This document shows positions 13,511 to 26,868 of a stretch of 64,000 nucleotides of DNA, piece after piece. The position numbers and the translations under genes were made by a program. Under the pieces are notes generated by a model that was not told where the DNA came from, did not search any database, and was given only the letters and a program-made list of their open reading frames with translations. Source of the DNA: Heptranchias perlo (Eukaryota); the NCBI RefSeq assembly GCF_035084215.1, contig NW_027138407.1, forward strand, positions 1,240,001 through 1,304,000, read 5' to 3'. Position 1 is the first letter of the stretch. Each line of letters opens with the position of its first letter.

Positions 13511-13969
13511 AACTAAGCGCACAGTAATACACGGCGTTATCAGTCAGCTCCAAGGCAGAGATGGTCAGACTGGTGAATTTGTCCGCTTTTTTCAGCACTG
13601 AAGAGAACCGTTCTCCGAGATTATCTGCCTTATATTGGTCACCTTCACTATCTCTCTGCAGGAGATACTCCGGTCCTTTCTGTGGATGTTGTCGGTACCA
13701 ATTCAGGTAGTAGTATGCGAAGCTTGTGGAATAAGTGCAGTTTAATGTCACGGTCGCTCCTTCTTTACGCTTTAGTAAAGGCACCGTCTGTGTCACAATG
13801 TTACCATTGACAAGGACCGCTGCAATAGTCAAACAAGTGTAAACTTGAAGTCAGAGGAAAGTAAAAGATTAAGATGCATTTTTTTTCCTGTAACTGAAGA
13901 AAAATACTCACCCGGGAACAAAATAAATAGTGTCCTCAGCAAATTTATCCACACCAACATGAGAGCCAT
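13511..13969 (-). CDS. TCR alpha/delta V gene segment, apparently functional (leader 13912-13969, V exon 13511-13819)
   Basis: Paralog of the 3464 V, with WYRQ and YYCALS. RSS: CACAGTG (13504-13510), 23 bp, ACAAAAACC (13472-13480). Confidence 0.95.
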
Positions 13970-14885
13970 TGCCTGAGTTGAACTGTGTCACCGCTTTCTT
14001 GTGAGAAACTTTCCTTGGATATGAGTGAGAAAGTGTCGGTCTATAACCCACTGCGAAACACAAGGTGCAGCTGGAATTAAAAGCTGGTGAAACGTCATCT
14101 TCGGGGCGAAGAGAAGGCGTGGACAAGCGATCACATGACATCAGACATCTTCACCCATTGATCAGACAGGTTGACATGCAATCTAATTGGGAGGATCTGA
14201 AAACTGACGCACACCTTATAAGGAAAGAAAAGCAAAATACTGCGGATTCTGGAAATCTGAAATAAGAACAGAAAATGCTGGAAATACTCAACAAGTCAGG
14301 CGGCATCTGTGGAGAGAGAAGAGCAGAGTTAACGTTTCAGGTGGATGGCCTTTCGTCAGAACCTCCTTATAAGGAAACATCTGGAAAACATCAGTGTTGC
14401 CCACTATGTGCTGAGCAGGTGAATAACATGGATCTGACTCTCGGCAGTTCACAGACTGATACAAGACTGAAGGAGGCCATTCGGCCCATCGTACCTGTGC
14501 TTGTCATTCACTTAGGGATCTTTCTGCAAACCAAACTGATACCGAAAGTGTCCCCGCCGCTCAGTTCAGTTCCTGCCGACTGAGGCAACAGACCGTGGAC
14601 ACAGAATGAGAGCTGGTTTTATATTTCTTTCCCTAAGATTGAAGTTTAAGGTGCGCATTTAACAAACAGGGATTGGAAGTACCGTCCCATCAAATCTCTT
14701 ATTATCAAATTAACAGCAGGATTATTGTTATGAATAATTAACATTAACATTCCTGTTCTGTATTGTAAGTTCAATTGTTGTTGATTTGCCTGTTTTTACA
14801 CCGACAAGCTCCTGTGATAAGTACCGACAGTTCCTGTTTCCCCCACACTGCCCGCTATCCTGTTGACCTGGTCACATTCCGGCAG

Positions 14886-15235
14886 TGCATTTGTAAGAGG
14901 CTCCATCTGGGTCCTGTCACTGTGTATCTAAGCCTGCAGTAATATAACGTGCTATCAGACCGCCGCAGGCCGCTAACGGTGAAATTCCCCTCACTTTTCG
15001 AAGAGTCGAGATATGCATAAAATCGAACCACTGACCCCTCTGCTCGATAAAAAGCCCCATAAGTAGAGTTGTAGGTCGGGAATGTGGGGTCTTTGTCCGG
15101 GGCCTTACGTCCCCGTTCATGGTATCATAGCCCAATCCACACTCTTCACTTCCTCCGACAGCCGACGCGCTTTTAGACCTAAATTTGTTCTCACTTTATC
15201 ACCAATTGTTGACCGAGCGAGTCTTCACTTCCCTT
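14886..15235 (-). pseudogene. TCR V pseudogene with 23-RSS
   Basis: RKAPDKDPTF...RFYAYLDSSKSEGNFTVSGLRRSDSTLYYCRLR with a frameshifted 5' part. CACAGTG (14918-14924), 23 bp, ACAAATGCA. Confidence 0.8.
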
Positions 15236-18200
15236 TAAAACGGGGAATGGCACTCAGTAAGCACTTTGGGCCTTCTACCTCAATCTAAACACCAGTGTGT
15301 GACTGGAAGCGAGTGGACACCCAAACAATAGACACAGTTTTCTGCCTACGCCGAAAGTAGGTCTCAGTTGTTTCTCCAACTGACCTGAAGTGTGCGCCGT
15401 AGAAGTTAAAAGAAAGATAGAAGGATAGAAAAAATGTAAGAAGGAAAGAAAGAAGGAAGGACAAAAAAAGGCAAGATTTTGTGTCGTGCTATTGCCAGGA
15501 CAATTCAAATAATCTAGTTTCGTGCTCTAGTTTGTGCATTTATCCAGACGAGAATCTGACTTGAAAGCGGATATGGTGGTCCAGTACTTGGAGAGTTAAT
15601 CCAAAACAGAGTGTGCAGTGAGCTCAGCTGCTGCAAATAGCTTAGTGCAACAGTGCCCCATCTGTAATATCATTGATTGGCTATCATGGCGTAGAATGAC
15701 GTACCGAAGCAGAAAATATAAACGCCTCACTTTTTAGAATCATGAAGCACAGAAAGAGGCCCTTCAGCCCATCGAGCCTGTGCCGGCTTTTGAAAGAGCT
15801 TTCCAATTAGTCCCACTCACCTGCTCTAACCTCATAGCCCTTCAAATTTATCCTTTTCACGTAAATATCCAATGCCCTTTTGAAAGCTACGATTGAATCT
15901 GCTTCCACCACCCTTTCAGTCAGTGTATTCCAGATCATAATAACTCGCTGCATAAAAAAAATTGCTCTTCTCCCACCCAGATTTTTTTGCAAATTACCAT
16001 AAATTTTCATCACCTGGTTACCGACCCTCCTGCCATTGGATTCAGTTTCTCCTTATTTACTCTTTCCAATTCCTTCATAATTTTGAATACCTCTCTTAAA
16101 TCTCCCTTTAACCTTCTTTGCTCGAAGGAGAACAATCCCAGCTTGTCTAGCCTCTCCACATAACTGAAGTCCCTCATCTCGAGTGCCATTTTTATAAATC
16201 TTCTCTGCACCATCTCCAAGGCCTTGACATCCTTCTTAAAGTGTCGTGCCCAATATTGGACGCAATACTAGAGCTGAGGCCTAAGCAGTGATTTATGAAG
16301 TTTGAGCATCCGTTTGGTAAGCCTCACCCCGTTCAACGCCAAATGCATTTGCAACGTAACCCTCACATAAAGCAAGCAGATATATTTATAATCTGAAACC
16401 CTTAATCTCCCTTTATTGACTCAAAGCTCTTTTATGAAAATAAAAATACCCCAAATTTCATTACTTTTATTGATAGTTTGCTTTCCGTATCCAGTGTGTG
16501 GCGGGGTCGGGTGGGGGTGGCGTGGATTGAGTGAATAGCAGTTGGAGTTTTGTTTCCTATTTGTGGGAACAAACTGATCAGTAACTATGAGCAACCAGAT
16601 TTCTTTTTTTATATGAACAGTTCTGGATGGCGTTACTTTCCTTGCACGTTTCTTCTCTGCCTTTCGACTGTGGTATGAATGTCGGGCGCCCTCTATTGGC
16701 TGCCTGTTGCTATGGATAATTTGCATTTTGAAAGTCAGATCGTGCATATGTGACGTATTTCGAAACGTCTCCGAATGTTACACCTTTCACTCTGCAATTG
16801 GACACTTGAATATTCATAATTTTATGCTTCGGATCTAAACGATCAGATTATACCTATCAACAAAGAATGAACGGGCTGGACCCTTTTCGTTAATCGGTGT
16901 CCACTGGTTACCTACCCTCCTACCAGTGGAAACAGTTTCTGCCGACCCACTCGATCAAACCCCTTCATATCTTTGAGTGCTGTAGGAAACAATTGCTGTG
17001 TCGTCAATTTAGGGACAGTAAACTTGATAGATGTATACAGCAAAATGTTACATAGGATTTCAATTCTTGTTTATGCATCATCGCGAATATCATTCAATGT
17101 TATAACACAGATGGAGGCCATTCGGCCCATCTTGACTATGCCGTGTCTTTTAAAGAGCGATCCAATTAGTCCCACATCCCCCTGCTTTTCCCCATAGGAC
17201 TGCTACTTTATACCCTTCGAGTATTTATCCACTTCCCTCTTGCAATTTACCATTCAATCTGCTTCCACCACCATTTCAGGCAGTGCATTTCCAGATCACA
17301 ACAACTCCTTGGGTAATAAAAAATTCTCCTAATCTCATCTCTGGCTCTTTTGCCAATTACCTTAAATTCTGCCACCCTCCTGATTGAGGAAACAATTTTT
17401 CCTTACTTGCTGTATTGAACCTAGCTATCAACTGATCCCGGTGGTCATTTTCTCGACAATTAATTATGTCGAGTCCGCTCTTCATTTGGAAATTAAATTC
17501 CGATGCAGAATCTATATCTGAAGCTTGGACTTTTTCATTGTGGTCACGGAGGCCGTTCAACAAGCTGCGCATGCCCAGCATTTGCTGTTTATACTTTCCA
17601 ATTTGAACTTTTCTTTATCGTCGTGCATGAAACAATTGCACCGCCTTGTGGATGATCAGGACATTGCGCTACATGGAATTACAAATAACGTGCAGGAGAG
17701 AAACTGGCCATCCGACCCAACTGTTCCTTGCCGGTGTTTATGCTCCACACCAGCCTCCTTCCAACCTTCTTCATCTCACCCTATCAACATAACATTCTGT
17801 TCCTTTCTCCTGATCAAACATCATATTTATATTTTAGTCATAAGGTGCTGGGCGTAATCCGTGCTGAGCACCTTCTGATTGGAGCCCAGTAACTAAACGA
17901 GAAGAATTCCTCTGGCCTCTATGGGCAATATTAACCTAACCGGCCCGTCGGAAACTGACGGGATCGCCTGCAACGCTGGGTTTACACCCCACCCGAATTT
18001 ACTCTCCATTAACTTCACCCAAACAGAGGCCGGGCGCTCCTCAGGGAAAGAAGCTCCGTGAGTGAAACTAACTGGTGTAAAAAGGGAAAAGGTGCATTCG
18101 GAACAAAGATTAAGAAAGGATGCTTGATTTTTTTTAACGTATGTAAGAACCAAACCGAATAACTCTTGGTCGGATGTTTAAAGATTCGTTGCCCCAAGAT

Positions 18201-18776
18201 GCCGAATTAACCCGTTATGACCCATGGGGGGCGGGAGAAAAGAATTTCCCTCCCCGGGCCGTGCCCGGCTCCACCGTGGAATGGCTCCAGATTGTAACTG
18301 GATCTGCTCTGATGGAATTTTCATTTCTAAATAAGGTTGAGGCGGCTTAGGACATTTAACATCCGCGGGTTAAATAAATGCAAAATAAATATCAAACACA
18401 AGCAGAATATCGGAACTCGATCCTGCTCTGTTCACGGAGGGACCAGCAGGGAGTTCCTGGCGGTTTCAGCAACCTCTTACTCGGAGCTGATCTGAACATC
18501 GATCCATGAATTAAAGGGAAGAACAGACCATCAGAAGCAGAAAGGACAGCTTAACCGTTCCATTCATTCTGGGATCGATCTTTCGGATCGATTGGTTCCT
18601 GCAGTTTAATTTCCAGGCCGCTCCTGAAAACTCGACAGGTCGATCCCAGTTAAATTCGGCTTCCTCTCGTTGTGTGTGTTCGAGCGCCTGGCAGCGCGCT
18701 GTGTGTTGTGGCTGCATCTACCTGCGAATCTACACCGCCCCCAACGGACAGGGCCTCTCCCCTCCACTCTAACGGC

Positions 18777-19110
18777 AGTTTATGAGCGGGGGTGAAACTG
18801 CTTATCGTCGGTGTGATTCACAGAGAGCGCCTTAATACACGGCAGCGTCAGTCAACTGCAACCCGGAGAAGGTTAAATTGCTAAAGGAGGACTGGAGCTC
18901 AGCAGAGAAACGGATTTCGAAACCTTCTCCTTTCTGTTCCTTTATATTCCAAGACAGGTGCCGGTTTTCCATCATCTTTGTGCACAGGCTCCTGACCGTC
19001 AGTGTGTTTTTCCCTCCTACATTTCCCAGTTTACGATGAATCCTTTCCCTGTTTCGCAGAACTGGTTTAACTCTGATAGAAACTGGTGTCAGGGAGAACA
19101 AGTGGCCGAC
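18777..19110 (-). pseudogene. TCR V pseudogene
   Basis: RFSAELQSSFSNLTFSGLQLTDAAVY* (YYC destroyed). Degenerate RSS CACACCG, 23 bp, TCATAAACT. Confidence 0.8.
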
Positions 19111-19807
19111 GTCCAGATAGGCTGCTGTCCATCTGTCTGTGAGCCATCAGCCTGGTTACCTCTAAAAAGCTCTTTCACTCATCTACCTGCATTTATTTAT
19201 ATATATTATATACTTATTATTTATAAAGGCAAACATGTATTAGAATTAAAGTGCAATGTGTAATCGTCCAGCAACTTAAATATCCAATCCCTCCAACACC
19301 GGCCCACCGTGGCTGCAGTGTGTACTATCTGCAAGATGCACTGCCGCAACTCGCCAAAGCTTCTTCGACAGCACCTCCCAAACCCGCGACCACCACCACC
19401 TAGAAGGACGAGGGCAGCAGGCACATGTTGAAACCGTCACCTCAGATTTCCCCTTCAAGTAACAAAACATCCCGACTTGCTCAAAGATAGGCGGTTCCTT
19501 CATCGTCGCTGGGTCACAATCCTGGAACGAACGACCTAACAGCATTGTGGGAGTAACTTCACCACACGGAGTGCAGCGGTTCAAGATGAAGGCCCATCAC
19601 CACCTTCTTAAAGGGCAAAGAGGGATGGGCAATAAATGCCGGTCTTTCCAATGACGCACATATCCTCATAATGGATTAAAGTAATGATCAGAAATACAGG
19701 GATCAGCTCAGGCTTGCCCCTGATCACAAATTCCGCTGAAGCTCCGATATGTTGAGCGACGCTCTGACAGTTTTTGTACAGGTTCAGCCCAGCTCCGTGT
19801 CTCTGTG

Positions 19808-20254
19808 GGTCTCAGAGCGCAGTAATACACCGCGGAGTCTGCCAGTTGTGTTTCAGACACATTCAGCGGAACGGCTTTATTCGAATGATCGAACTTGGCT
19901 GAAAAACGTTCCCCTGGAATTTTCTCTTGGTTCTGGCTGTATCTGTTTCTATGCAGAAGGTACTCTATGGATCCACTGGGATACTGGCGGTACCAGAATA
20001 TATAAGGATCGCTGGTGCTTGTAGCTGTATAATTACAGAGCAGCTGAACATCGTCTCCTTCACTTACTGTGGTTGCAGCTGGTGTCTGGAAAACGGAGTC
20101 TCCTCGACAAAGTCCTGCAAGAGCCCAGAGCGATATTAAATTAAACAATTTCACTTCGCTGTGTCTGTTACCTGGAATCAGCCCGTCACACTCAACACTT
20201 ACCTGAGAAGTAAATCAGGCCAGTTAAACAGAAATATATTCCCCCATAACTCAT
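19808..20254 (-). CDS. TCR alpha/delta V gene segment, apparently functional (leader 20203-20254, V exon 19808-20114)
   Basis: Leader MSYGGIYFCLTGLIYFS; DSVFQTP..LLC..FWYRQ..YYCALRP. RSS: CACAGAG (19801-19807), 23 bp, ACAAAAACT. Confidence 0.95.
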
Positions 20255-20843
20255 GGCTGCAACGGGAAGCTGCTTGGGTCGACTGAATAAAACTTCCGTT
20301 AATAAACCTTCAGCACCTCCCGACAGGATCCGTTCCTCTCCTTCACCCCTTTTGGTGTGAAGCGAAAACTCCAAACGGCCGTTGGGTTTAAGTCTCGCGT
20401 GTCTGTCAAAATCCGTCATTGGCCTCGGCGGGGCGGGTTGGGGCGGGTCTGTCTGCCATTCGTCTGCAATCTCACCTCAACTCATCCAATCTGATTCATT
20501 GGGGAAGGTGTAGAATTTCCCTAAACAGTGTTTAACGTGAGTCAAGGTGGATCCGGATGATTTTCTTCATTTTGGATCAATCCATTGATATTCTTGTGTT
20601 CAGGGAACCGACCGATTAAATATAATGTATGATACAGATACGAAACACAGCGTTGTGCAACTTGTGAACTCACCAGTTGAGAGAGCTGCAGCTGCGACGA
20701 ATGAATAAAAAGTATCACCCAACATGTTTGCATAGAGTTGATGGCGCATTTGAACAGAACGGTTTGAACCTGGAATTATTTTATGGAGAGTAATATTCGG
20801 GCTCTCTGCCGTTTGCTTCATTCCTGACGGAGGCAGCAGGGAA

Positions 20844-20961
20844 CATCCAATCAGCTCAAAGCTCCTTTGTTCTCCAATTCATCCAATCAGCTCACAGCTC
20901 CTTTGTTCTCCAATTCATCCAATCAGCTAACAGCTCCTATGTTCTTCAATTCATGACGTCA
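20844..20961. repeat. 3 x 36-bp CCAAT-containing tandem repeat followed by TGACGTCA
   Basis: catccaatcagctcacagctcctttgttctccaatt units; inverted paralog at ~29450-29570. Confidence 0.75.
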
Positions 20962-21799
20962 GAGAGGGGAGCAGGGAACTGAGCGAAGTTATTGTCCTCA
21001 CAACAGAGAATTGGACGGGGATTAAACCCAACCTTGGCCCTTTAACGGGGTCAGTTTGTATGTTGGGGGCAGTGTAGGGAAACGTTTATTGTTGTTCTGG
21101 TATCAGTGCCGGAGGCTCCCACTAAAAGAGCTGCTCACTGCCCATAAGAACTATCCACAGCCGATTTCAAGGGATGACAGACGGCTCGCGTGTCCTGGGG
21201 AATTTGAACACAACGATGCAATAAATCGGGCAAACGCCACCTTTTATATGCATGAAATGTGGAATGACTGACAGAAGTCAGCAGAATGGGAGGGTGCGAA
21301 CAGCAGATGGGCTCAGTGATAGAGTGAGCTTCTCATTAAAAATATTTTCACCATGTTGTTATTAATAATAGTTTAATAATTTATAATAACATTTAAATAC
21401 ATCACAACTTGTATTTGATATTAATGCCTCTCTTTTCGAATCTGTTACTTTCATTGCTTTTATTAAATAAATTAACTGAGCAATGTTACATAATGGAAAA
21501 GAAGAAATTTGCAGGGCTATGGGGAAAGAGCCCAGGGGTAGGGCTAATTGGGTAGCTCTTCAAAGAGCTGGCACAGATATTATGGCCAGAATGGCCACCT
21601 TCTGTGTTGTATGATTCTATGAATGTTCTGTCTGCAACTGAAGTGTCTAAGCTGAGCACTTGTGCAGGTTCAGACGTGGCTCAAAAGACCAGTGATACTT
21701 TGAATTAACTTAACATTTCCTGCTTTACAGGCAGAGGCTAAAGGTTACCATAACGAAAATATAAAGAGGAATCAATAGCAGTGTAACATTAGTAGACTT

Positions 21800-22040
21800 G
21801 AGGACAGTCTGATTAACCCTTTCCTTACAGAATTAACAGACCCTGTGCAACTGTACGCCACAAAGGATTGAACACGTTTAGGACAGTCTGATTTACCTTT
21901 CCTTAAAGAATTCGTGCACCCTGTAGTACTGTATCCCACAAAAATGTCAAACCATTTTCGACCGTCTGATTAAACCTTTCTTAACAGATTGAATGGAGCC
22001 TGAGCAACTGTACCCACAAAGGAGTCAACATATTCAGGAG
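21800..22040. repeat. Short tandem array of aggacagtctgattaaccctt.. units (paralog 28340-28580)
   Basis: Three imperfect copies, roughly 80 bp apart. Confidence 0.6.
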
Positions 22041-22109
22041 AGCAGGGAAACGGTGTCAAAATTGTTTGACAGGAACCTGCAGCACATATTGTACTGGAGC
22101 GCTCAGTGT

Positions 22110-22495
22110 TTGCTCCGCTGCACGGTAATACACTCCAGCGTCTGATACCGCGAGGCTGTCCATACCGCGAATGTTATCACTTCTTGTTGCGTCAATGAAA
22201 TCTATTAATCGTCCGTCAGTGGTTTTACCCCGGATAGCAGATATGATCGATTTCAGGCCACGGTTCTGCAGTTGTCTATACCGGAATACACTGTCAGTGT
22301 CGTTGGTGGTTGCATTGCACTGGATTTCAATCGATTGACCCTCTTGTGCAAACATCTGTTGTGTTTGCTGGATCACAGCCTCGCCGCCGATAACTGTCGA
22401 TGCAAAATGAGAAACGACAAATATGTTTTAAAGGCGGACGCTTTTCTGCTCAAAACACTCACCTAAAATCAAGAAAGTGAAAGTTCCAATTTCAT
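22110..22495 (-). pseudogene. TCR V pseudogene (open V exon but invariant W and second C both changed to R; leader has stops)
   Basis: IEIQC...VFRYRQ...GVYYRAAE; leader atgaaattggaactttcactttcttga; no clear RSS. Confidence 0.85.
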
Positions 22496-23080
22496 TTATT
22501 GCGTTTTCTGTTTTCTGCGTTCGGCCGATCAAGGATATTACTTGAAAATCGATTTGATTCGGGGTGATTTTGATGTGCAATCGATGATATTATTTTCTGC
22601 CAGGTATGACGGTTACTGTCTCTGAGGCACAGAGAGCAATCCAAGTGCTAAAGTTTTAGTCTTACTGACACGCCCTCTAGTGGCCCGATTTCACATTCAT
22701 CTTCCGGAATAAAAGCCTCAAAGGTTTCCGTAAACTCGCACTAATCTGGTATTGCCTTGGGTCAAATATTGACCTTTGACTATCTAGAGCCTGGGGTCAA
22801 ATAGAACTTCAGGCAGAGGGGGACTAACGTGTCCTCTCTCTGTTGGGGGACTGGGTGTGTCAGTGGGGCTGACACTGTCCTTTCCCAGTTTGGAACCTGT
22901 GCTCAAATCGACTCCCTAGACACGGGGGATGAAGGAGAGACTTTCGGGTAAGTTCTCCGGTTGGAGGGAGACCGCGAGCAGCACAAACTGAGCGTTATAT
23001 CCGGCTTCAACAGGCAAAATCTCTGATCTACAAAGCGGCGGGAGTTTCTGCACGACGGTTAACTGGTTTGCATTACTGTG

Positions 23081-23548
23081 AGTCTCAGGGCACAGAAATA
23101 AACTGCAGTGTCGGTCAGCTGCAGCCCCGAGATGGTTAAACTGGTGAATTTAGTCGAGGTCAGCAGTTCAGCAGAGAAACGTGTTTTAGCAAAATCTGCC
23201 GCATCTTCAAAACCTTTCGACTGTTTCCACAATATAAACTCGGGCTGTGTGTCTGGGTGTTGCCGGTACCAGTATAAATAATAACTGCCGCTCCACGTAG
23301 TATCATAGGTACAGTTTAAAGTCACCACTTCTCCTTCTGCCTCAACTACTGAGGACAGCGACTGAATGACAATATCCCCATGACTCTGACCTGAAAAACA
23401 TATTCACACAGGACAAGATCAGACCGGTGATCGTTTAAAATTCATATTCAAACCATGTTTGCAAATGAGAGAAAAGATGAAATATTTTTGTGCCACAATC
23501 ACCTGTCAGAAATGTCCCCAACAGAACCCAGATGCTGAGTCGCCGCAT
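23081..23548 (-). CDS. TCR alpha/delta V gene segment, apparently functional (leader 23503-23548, V exon 23081-23390)
   Basis: Leader MRRLSIWVLLGTFLT; TLNC, YWYRQ, YFCALR. RSS: CACAGTA (23074-23080), 22 bp, GCAGAAACT. Confidence 0.92.
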
Positions 23549-24244
23549 TGTCGCTGTCTGCTCTGTAAAAGGGGTTGGGTATTTGAAGACACCCGTTGTA
23601 ATCCCCACCCTAAATCTGCTGCTGTGTCTCAGAATGTTCCCACCTCATGTCCCCAGTGGTGCTGTGAGACCGGTAGGTGGTGATCTTGGCTGCCAGTGAA
23701 TGAAAACACCCCGAGCTGAGCTTCAGTCAGTGAGTTATACGGGGAATGGTTCCGCTTTTAGTGACCGAGGGTGGGAATGAAACATTTCTGTGGTTATTGT
23801 AAGCGCGAAACTCAGGGATTGTTAATGGAGTGGAGTTAAAAGAACATTTCTAACTAAACAATATTTCATTTGAAGGAAAGGGTTAACGGTGTCCCTTTTA
23901 AGTATTACAGTTGAAAATTGCAAACACGGTGATGTAAACAGAATTGTTCTAAACTGTGTTCTTGCACTCCTGTCTTTTCCTCCTCAATGATCCCTGCAGA
24001 CACAAGCTTTTCATCACAGCAGGGCTAGTATAAGAAAAGGAGAAGGCTGAAATTTACAACACCACATGTTGCTTTAAGAGCACACATCAAAGGTTGGCAG
24101 TTAGTATTGGTTGATGCAACGTGACCGGCGGTGTGAAACAGCGGCCTGTGAGCGCCACCTGGGGGCGTGGTTTAAAGGATCTTCTTCGAGCTGAACTTAC
24201 AGGACAGTTACTGTTCTAGGTATCACGAGGCCCTTCTCCCTGTG

Positions 24245-24832
24245 GGCCTCAGTACACAGTAGTACACGGCGCTGTCAGAGAGCTGCAGCTCAGTCAGATT
24301 GAAAACAGCGACTTTCCTTGCCCTTTCCAGAATGACAGAGAAACGGTCGCTATCTTCGTCCTTTCCAAAGGAATGCCTCTGAATTACGAAAGTGGGAGCC
24401 TTGTTCTGATTGTGACGATAAAGCTGCAGGGAATAGCTCGCATCGGAGGTTGAATAGTTACAAGAAATGCTCGTCGAAGTTCCTTCCAGATATTGGGCTT
24501 GTGTTGGCGAACGTCCGATGGAGTCTGCAGAACTCACTTCTGCAGAAAACATTCATGAAAACAGAGTGAAGAACGGGTAAGTTTAACAATATATCGGACT
24601 ATCTCTCTGTGTGTACACAGGCGGCAAAGAGACAGAGTACGAAAGCATTAGTTTCATGGCTAGATATAGATAGATGGGCAGGTGTATAGGCAGAGTTGGA
24701 TAGAGAGAGAGAGACAAACAGACAGAGAGATCGATGAATAGGAAAGGACAGACAAACGCAGATGTAAAAATAAACAAACCAACCAATTAACAACGTCGTA
24801 AGGACCCAAATAACGAAAACCACAAAGTCCAT
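24245..24832 (-). CDS. TCR alpha/delta V gene segment, open (leader 24784-24832, V exon 24245-24539); invariant Trp replaced by Leu
   Basis: Leader MDFVVFVIWVLTTLLI; SISC..LQLYRH..YYCVLRP. RSS: CACAGGG (24238-24244), 23 bp, ACAGTAACT. Confidence 0.85.
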
Positions 24833-26536
24833 AATGCCCACAGTATTCCCACACTGAGAACCCACACTTCACCCGGTGCCTCCTCTCAGTTGTACCTTTC
24901 GGTCTGATGGGGTGAATTTGAAATGGGACCATCAGCAGGCAAAGTCCCCGTCATTTCCTGACTCGAACCAACAGGCTGGTTTCAATCATTTAACCGTGTT
25001 TTGAAACTGATGCTCACGGTTCATAGTCATCATAGGAATATTAGGAACAGGAGTAGGCCATTCAGCCCATCGATCCTGCTCCGCCATTCAATCAGATCAT
25101 CGCTGATCAGTACCTCTATTCCATTTATCTGTCGTTGTTCGATATCCTTTGATAACCTTACCAAACAAAAATTGATGTGTGGCCTCACGAGTGCATTGCA
25201 AACGTTAGCATAATTTCTGTAGACTTGCAATCTTCTGGTTCTGGTCATCTATTAGCTTTTGTAATGATTTCATATGTTCTAAACAGGGAAAGTAATGAGT
25301 TTAGTATAATTCTAATGACCCAGTCTCAGGTACTCTACACGAATTCAATTCCATTCATTCTATGCATGACATATCTGCCCAAGTACAGAACTGATCTAAA
25401 TACTTCTTTAAATCTTTAGTTGCAAACTGTCTTTACTTCTCTTCCTATTTCAGACACATTTAACTTGATGCAGTGCTTAACTACCAATTCATAGTCGTTT
25501 TGCCAACCAGTCCCAATATAACATAATGAGTGAATATAGGCCAGCCCTGCCGCAACCTAAAATCAATTCTTGGCTTTAAAAAAAGTGCAACTAATTTGCA
25601 CGAGAATAGTAAGACAACACCAATTATGCACACCCGTCATTTCATGGATCTGGTGATAAGCTGCCTGACTAACTATCTCCTTTACTGCCCCACTAAACGC
25701 AAGTTGGTACAGTGAACCAGCACACATTTCGATTTTAGAGTTTTCTTCTTGATAAAAAGTGTTACATTTTATAGAAATGAAAATCCGACGCGATATTTCC
25801 GCAATCTCACTTGCTTAGAGTTATCCATTAACGACAGTTTACTATCCAACGTTGTTTTCTGAATTTGTGGGTTTTCTGTGTGTGTCGCTGCGTGTTCCGA
25901 ATGCTCTATGTGAGGCTTGTAGTGAACACAGGAGGGCGCTCTCCGAACATTTATGAAAAATCATTCGTCTTAAATAACTAAGCTGAATGCACAGCAATAA
26001 TCTCCACGGCCTTTCATCCATTTTGTGTAGATGGGTTTAAGTTGGCAAGCATGTGTTTGTATGTTTGTGCGTATGTGTGTTTATGTGTGTGTGTTTCTGT
26101 GTGTGAAATGTATGTGCGTGTATATAAGTCTGTATATATGTTTCCAATGCCCTATGTAACGCTTATACTATCCACAGAAGTGCGCTCTCCAATCGCCTGG
26201 CGACGGTCAACATCCCAATCTACCGGAAGTGAAGGTTTAGAGAGATGCAAATCGGACGGGGAGAAGAAATTCTAGCACATCTGATGAAGCCTTACGGTGT
26301 TTTAGTTTCTTCCATTCCAGGCCCGGTAAAGGCAGTGATTAATCTCACACTGGAACCCTGGAGGTGAAACCCTGCCTGACTCTGGTTATTGTCCAGATCA
26401 GAGGACGGTGATATTGGAACCTTCCTACAATATTCTTCAACACTCATGCAATTTCCCATCTCCATCAGCATCTCCGGGTGATTATTCTCTTTCTCATATT
26501 CCATCTAACCCGCTGTGTGTCCGCTGTTACTTTCAG

Positions 26537-26868
26537 AGATGAGTAACTGAGACTCAGTGTCCCAGTCAGAACAAGGGGTCATATGAGAAGAGGGCGCGGA
26601 TTCAGCAATAACCTGCAGTTATTCTCGATCGGATCCAGCTGCATTCGATGGCCTGCTCTAGGACCGCCCCTCAGGATCTCCTCAGAGCCGATAGTTGTGG
26701 GAGTAACGAGATGGCTCCAAGCTTTGAACCCTTCAACGGGAATCTCAACCTGGTAAAAGGCACTTTTCACTTATTCATGAAACGGTTGAAGATTTCTGAC
26801 AGCGCCTTGTATTACTGTGTCCTGAGGCCCACAGTAAATAGGGGTCCTTTGATCCTCATACAAAAACA
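26537..26868 (+). pseudogene. Inverted TCR V pseudogene with a good 23-RSS
   Basis: DSVSQSEQGVI*..AITCSYS..LL*DR (stops) ...SDSALYYCVLRP. CACAGTA (26830-26836), 23 bp, ACAAAAACA. Confidence 0.85.

Larger units (their letters stand above)
10108..17810. repeat. Segmental tandem duplication, copy B
   Basis: Colinear with 16-9490; initial offset about 10.09 kb. Confidence 0.9.

Noticed and set aside
17840-18300. GC-rich block (also 5640-6020 and 32110-32540) as an RNA gene
   Set aside because: No recognisable tRNA/rRNA/snRNA structure; probably non-autonomous transposon relics that I cannot classify.
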